DNA from: an uncultured Armatimonadetes bacterium
GTDB taxonomy: Bacteria > Armatimonadota > UBA5829 > DTJY01
Direction: 5' to 3'
Assembly (NCBI GenBank): GCA_963717145.1
Contig: OY970325.1
Location: 5,219,248-5,283,247 of the forward strand
Length of the DNA: 64,000 nucleotides
Positions within the stretch are counted from its first letter, which is position 1; every line of letters starts with the position of its first letter. Positions 61,401-64,000 of this stretch are shown in pieces. The notes beneath the pieces were generated by a model. That model was given only the letters and a program-made list of their open reading frames with translations. It did no database searches and had not been told where the DNA came from. The position numbers and the translations under genes are program-made.

Positions 61401-62266
61401 CTACTCCACAACCTCCAGATCATCGGCCTTGCGAGGCTGGACAACCGCGTCGAGCACGCTCCCCCGCACGCGCACACCTGATATTCCGCTCACCAACACG
61501 TACCCCCCGACCTCCGGTACCGTGGTGAGATTCGCCTTGGCCACTCTGAGACCCGTCTCCCAAAACGGTGACTTCGATCCGTCGTTGATCACGATGTAGT
61601 CGGCGTAGCTGTTGTCGATAACTACCCCGCTGGTACGAATAAAGAGGCCCACATTGTTCACCCCGATTGCGCCGAGTACCCCCCGCTGGCCCAGCGGCGG
61701 AACACCCAGATTGGCCCCCCGACCTGGCGATTGATCATGAAGATCCCTGCGAGTGGATCTCCCTGGCCCACTACCGCGAGCATGGGGTTCAGAATGATCC
61801 GCTCTCCGTTCAAAGTAGATACACTGCCAACCACATTGATCAGGCATCCCTCGAGCAGCGAGGCGGTCTCTCCTCCGATTCCGACCAGTGCAATGCCGCT
61901 CGACCTGTCCGATGCTTCGGCGTAAATGCGGTCGGCAAAGCAGCCCGGCTCGGCGGTCACCACCAGAGACGCGAGTGCCAGGCGCATCCCGTCTCCCTGG
62001 AGCTTCGCCAATCCGGGTGACGATACGAGCAATGGCGGCGACTCCTCGGCAGACCACACGCCGAGTTGGGCCATTCGCTGCCCCGCCACGGCTGCCCCGA
62101 TGGTGAGCTGGCCAATGCTTACAGTGGCGACGCTGTTCCCGCCGACCATTCGCTCGCCGCCGCACGTGTTGGCAGACCAGCTAATCGCATAGTCGTCCGC
62201 CGCCACTTGCCCGGCGCACACCGCCATCAAGAGGATCACCGGCACAACAATGTACAGCTTGCTCAT
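61401..62266 (-). CDS. Secreted hypothetical protein, split by a frameshift in a G6 homopolymer near 61727-61732
   Basis: Signal peptide MSKLYIVVPVILLMAVCAGQVAA. ORF 61658-62266 continues in ORF 61401-62165 after a 1-nt shift at GGGGGG. Confidence 0.45.
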
Positions 62267-62647
62267 CTTTCCCTCCTTTCATTCATAGCCCATAAAACAG
62301 AACACCCGCGTGCACTACATCGAGCAACCCACGGAAAGCTCGGAGTGTACAGCGGGTATAGTTATCTTCTACTCTCATCTGATGGAAAAGTCAATAGATG
62401 TAAGAGGGATTGCCGAAAAACCGGTATTATTACCAGTTGGTTGTCATGCGTGCGTTCCGTCGCAGGCATCGCGGGGAGGTTCGGAACAGACACAAAAAAA
62501 GTGGCCCGGTCCGCCGAAGCAGACCGAGCCGAGTCAGAAAGGAGTGATTATGTACCGATTACTTCCCGAACAACGATCAATACTTATTATCGGCCAACCC
62601 GCGCGAATCTTCAGGTCTTTTTGCCAGGTAATGGTTTGTGGTCTATG

Positions 62648-62768
62648 GCTGATGGTTAATGGGGAACGGGGGATGGGCAATGGTCCGGCCATGAACCATC
62701 AACCATCCCCCATGAGCCATTCCGGTCTCCGGCATCAACCATTGACCATCAGCCATCAACCATTCCCC
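62648..62768. repeat. Long hairpin built from GGTTGATGG-type repeats, immediately 3' of the minus-strand gene 62769-63443
   Basis: GCTGATGGTTAATGGGGAACGGGGGATGGGCAATGGTCCGGCCATGAACCATCAACCATCCCCCATGAGCCATTCC ... Short relative at 28803-28830. Confidence 0.8.
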
Positions 62769-63443
62769 CTACGCCGCGATCGTCGCGCTCTCGAGATCGG
62801 ACCACGCGCCCTTCACGCCGTTCGTATAGACCCAGCGCATCTTGTAGTGCGCCTGCTTGTTTCCATCCTCGGGCGCGAACGGCACGACCACGGTGTTTCG
62901 GCTCGACATGTTGACGTAACGCATGTCGGTCGGCGGGCTCGCCGGCACTTCGCCGATCTTCACCCAGACCTCGACCGCCTTCACACCCTGCGGCTTCCCC
63001 GGTGAGACTGTGCCCTCGTTGTCATTCTGGATGCGGAGCGTATGCCTCAGGGGCGCACCGATGTTGATACCCGCTGTCGGCCTGTCGAGCGATGTCTCGA
63101 TCTCGGTCGGGACGGACGGTGCATTGCCGCGCGTCGGGATGCCAAGCTCTTCCCTGTCCTGGTTCGTAGTTTCGGGATAGGCCTGGATTCGAGCGACCAT
63201 CGGTCTGATCAGGCTCTCCATGGTCTCCCGCTTGGTGTTCTTGTCCTGAACCTGGCCTCGATACGTAGTCCAGGTGCCCTCAGCCGTGACTCTCGCCAGG
63301 CTGAACTCCGGCTCAGAGTCCGCCAGGTCGACGACATCCGCCGGCAGCAGCCCGAAGTGAGCGAGATTCGCGCCCAGGTATGCCATGAACTTGTTCATCC
63401 ATACCTGGAGTTCCAAGTCAGATCCGGGGAGATAACCTCCCAT
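62769..63443 (-). CDS. Hypothetical protein, paralog of the gene at 33343-34002
   Basis: Conserved N- and C-termini (see 33343-34002). Confidence 0.5.
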   Translation of the reverse strand: MGGYLPGSDLELQVWMNKFMAYLGANLAHFGLLPADVVDLADSEPEFSLARVTAEGTWTTYRGQVQDKNTKRETMESLIRPMVARIQAYPETTNQDREELGIPTRGNAPSVPTEIETSLDRPTAGINIGAPLRHTLRIQNDNEGTVSPGKPQGVKAVEVWVKIGEVPASPPTDMRYVNMSSRNTVVVPFAPEDGNKQAHYKMRWVYTNGVKGAWSDLESATIAA

Positions 63444-63651
63444 AGTAATACTCTCCTATGTTCCGATCCGTCGTTCCCGACAATGATCGGTCAGGTACTG
63501 CAACGGCTTGCGTTCAGATTAGCCGTCCATTTCCATTGTCGGAGGGCCGGGCCGGCAAAGTTACCTATACTGTAGTCTTTTTTCGCGATTTCTTGTCCCA
63601 CGTCTCTGGGAAGATGACCTTCCGTCTATGGAAAGCAGGCCATTAACCTGC

Positions 63652-63773
63652 AGTAAACAGGCCTCCCAACCATGGTAAACAGGCCTCCCAACCATGGTAA
63701 ACAGGCCTCCCAACCGTGGTAAACAGGCCTCCCAACCGTGGTAAACAGGCTTTCCGACCATGGTGAACAGAGG
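63652..63773. repeat. Tandem array of about 5.5 copies of a 22-bp unit (GGTAAACAGGCCTCCCAACCAT)
   Basis: Direct tandem repeats with no unique spacers. Confidence 0.85.
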
Positions 63774-64000
63774 TTCCGTCGATGGAAGTGACGCCTCCGA
63801 CCGGCTCCCGGAAGCCTTCCGGGGATCCCCCCAAGGCCTGACGCAGAGCCCGAGACGCACTTGATGCCGGCGCAGGGGGCACAAACCACGCGCCTCCACC
63901 CTCCGCCGAATCGTGCTGGCAAAGAGCGGGTTGCTCGTCCATTCCATGCTCATTGCGGAGGTGGATACCCAGAAGAGGATATAGAGCCTTCGTCGCCGAA

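Noticed and set aside
63652-63773. Possible CRISPR array
   Set aside because: The repeats are directly abutting with no unique spacers. The unit is only 22 bp and there are no cas genes nearby.

Overview
This 64 kb window is high-GC bacterial chromosome, densely coding on both strands, from what looks like a polysaccharide-degrading anaerobe. That reading rests on two tandem TAT-exported sulfatases, several secreted glycoside-hydrolase-like proteins and a sugar ABC transporter. Assigning it to a Planctomycetota- or Kiritimatiellota-like lineage is my inference only.

Main coding blocks:
- A polytopic membrane protein of about 700 aa occurs as three paralogs (529-2499, 25793-27783, 50891-52870).
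- An ADP-ribosylglycohydrolase-family gene sits at 2810-4960.
- A sugar-binding lipoprotein and a permease (6286-8784) are interrupted by a DUF559 endonuclease gene.
- A Nif3, GNAT and SAM-methyltransferase block lies at 8786-10847.
- An aromatic/branched-chain 2-oxoacid fermentation cluster spans 10931-24153: iorA, iorB, paaK, a Na-solute symporter, two ACT-domain genes, livKHMGF and a second paaK.
- vapBC (27846-28528) is flanked by about 240 bp direct repeats of the 3' end of the neighbouring membrane-protein gene.
- A low-GC island (29035-32971) encodes an N-terminal HNH nuclease fused, across an apparent 1-nt frameshift, to a PglX/MmeI-like gamma-class N6-adenine methyltransferase, plus a coupled PD-(D/E)xK-like protein. 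This is the best candidate for a novel single-chain restriction/defence system.
- A glycoside-hydrolase and sulfatase cluster lies next to a PAS/GAF histidine kinase and an ANTAR response regulator (34263-46406).
- An HMGL-like aldolase, M32 carboxypeptidase, SagB-type nitroreductase and DinB lie at 46437-50439.
- Two tandem secreted proteins share an N-terminal domain; one carries collagen-like repeats, the other a phage tail-collar domain.

The non-coding DNA is unusually rich in hairpin elements. There are at least four distinct REP-like palindrome families. A further class of hairpins, built from short (mostly hexamer) tandem repeats, sits immediately after stop codons. Several palindromic elements are inserted in frame inside coding genes (iorA twice, the ADP-ribosylglycohydrolase gene twice), much like Rickettsia palindromic elements.

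At least seven genes carry single-nucleotide frameshifts. The junctions I inspected all fall in G/C runs, so residual assembly indel error is as likely as pseudogenisation. No rRNA, tRNA or CRISPR array was seen.
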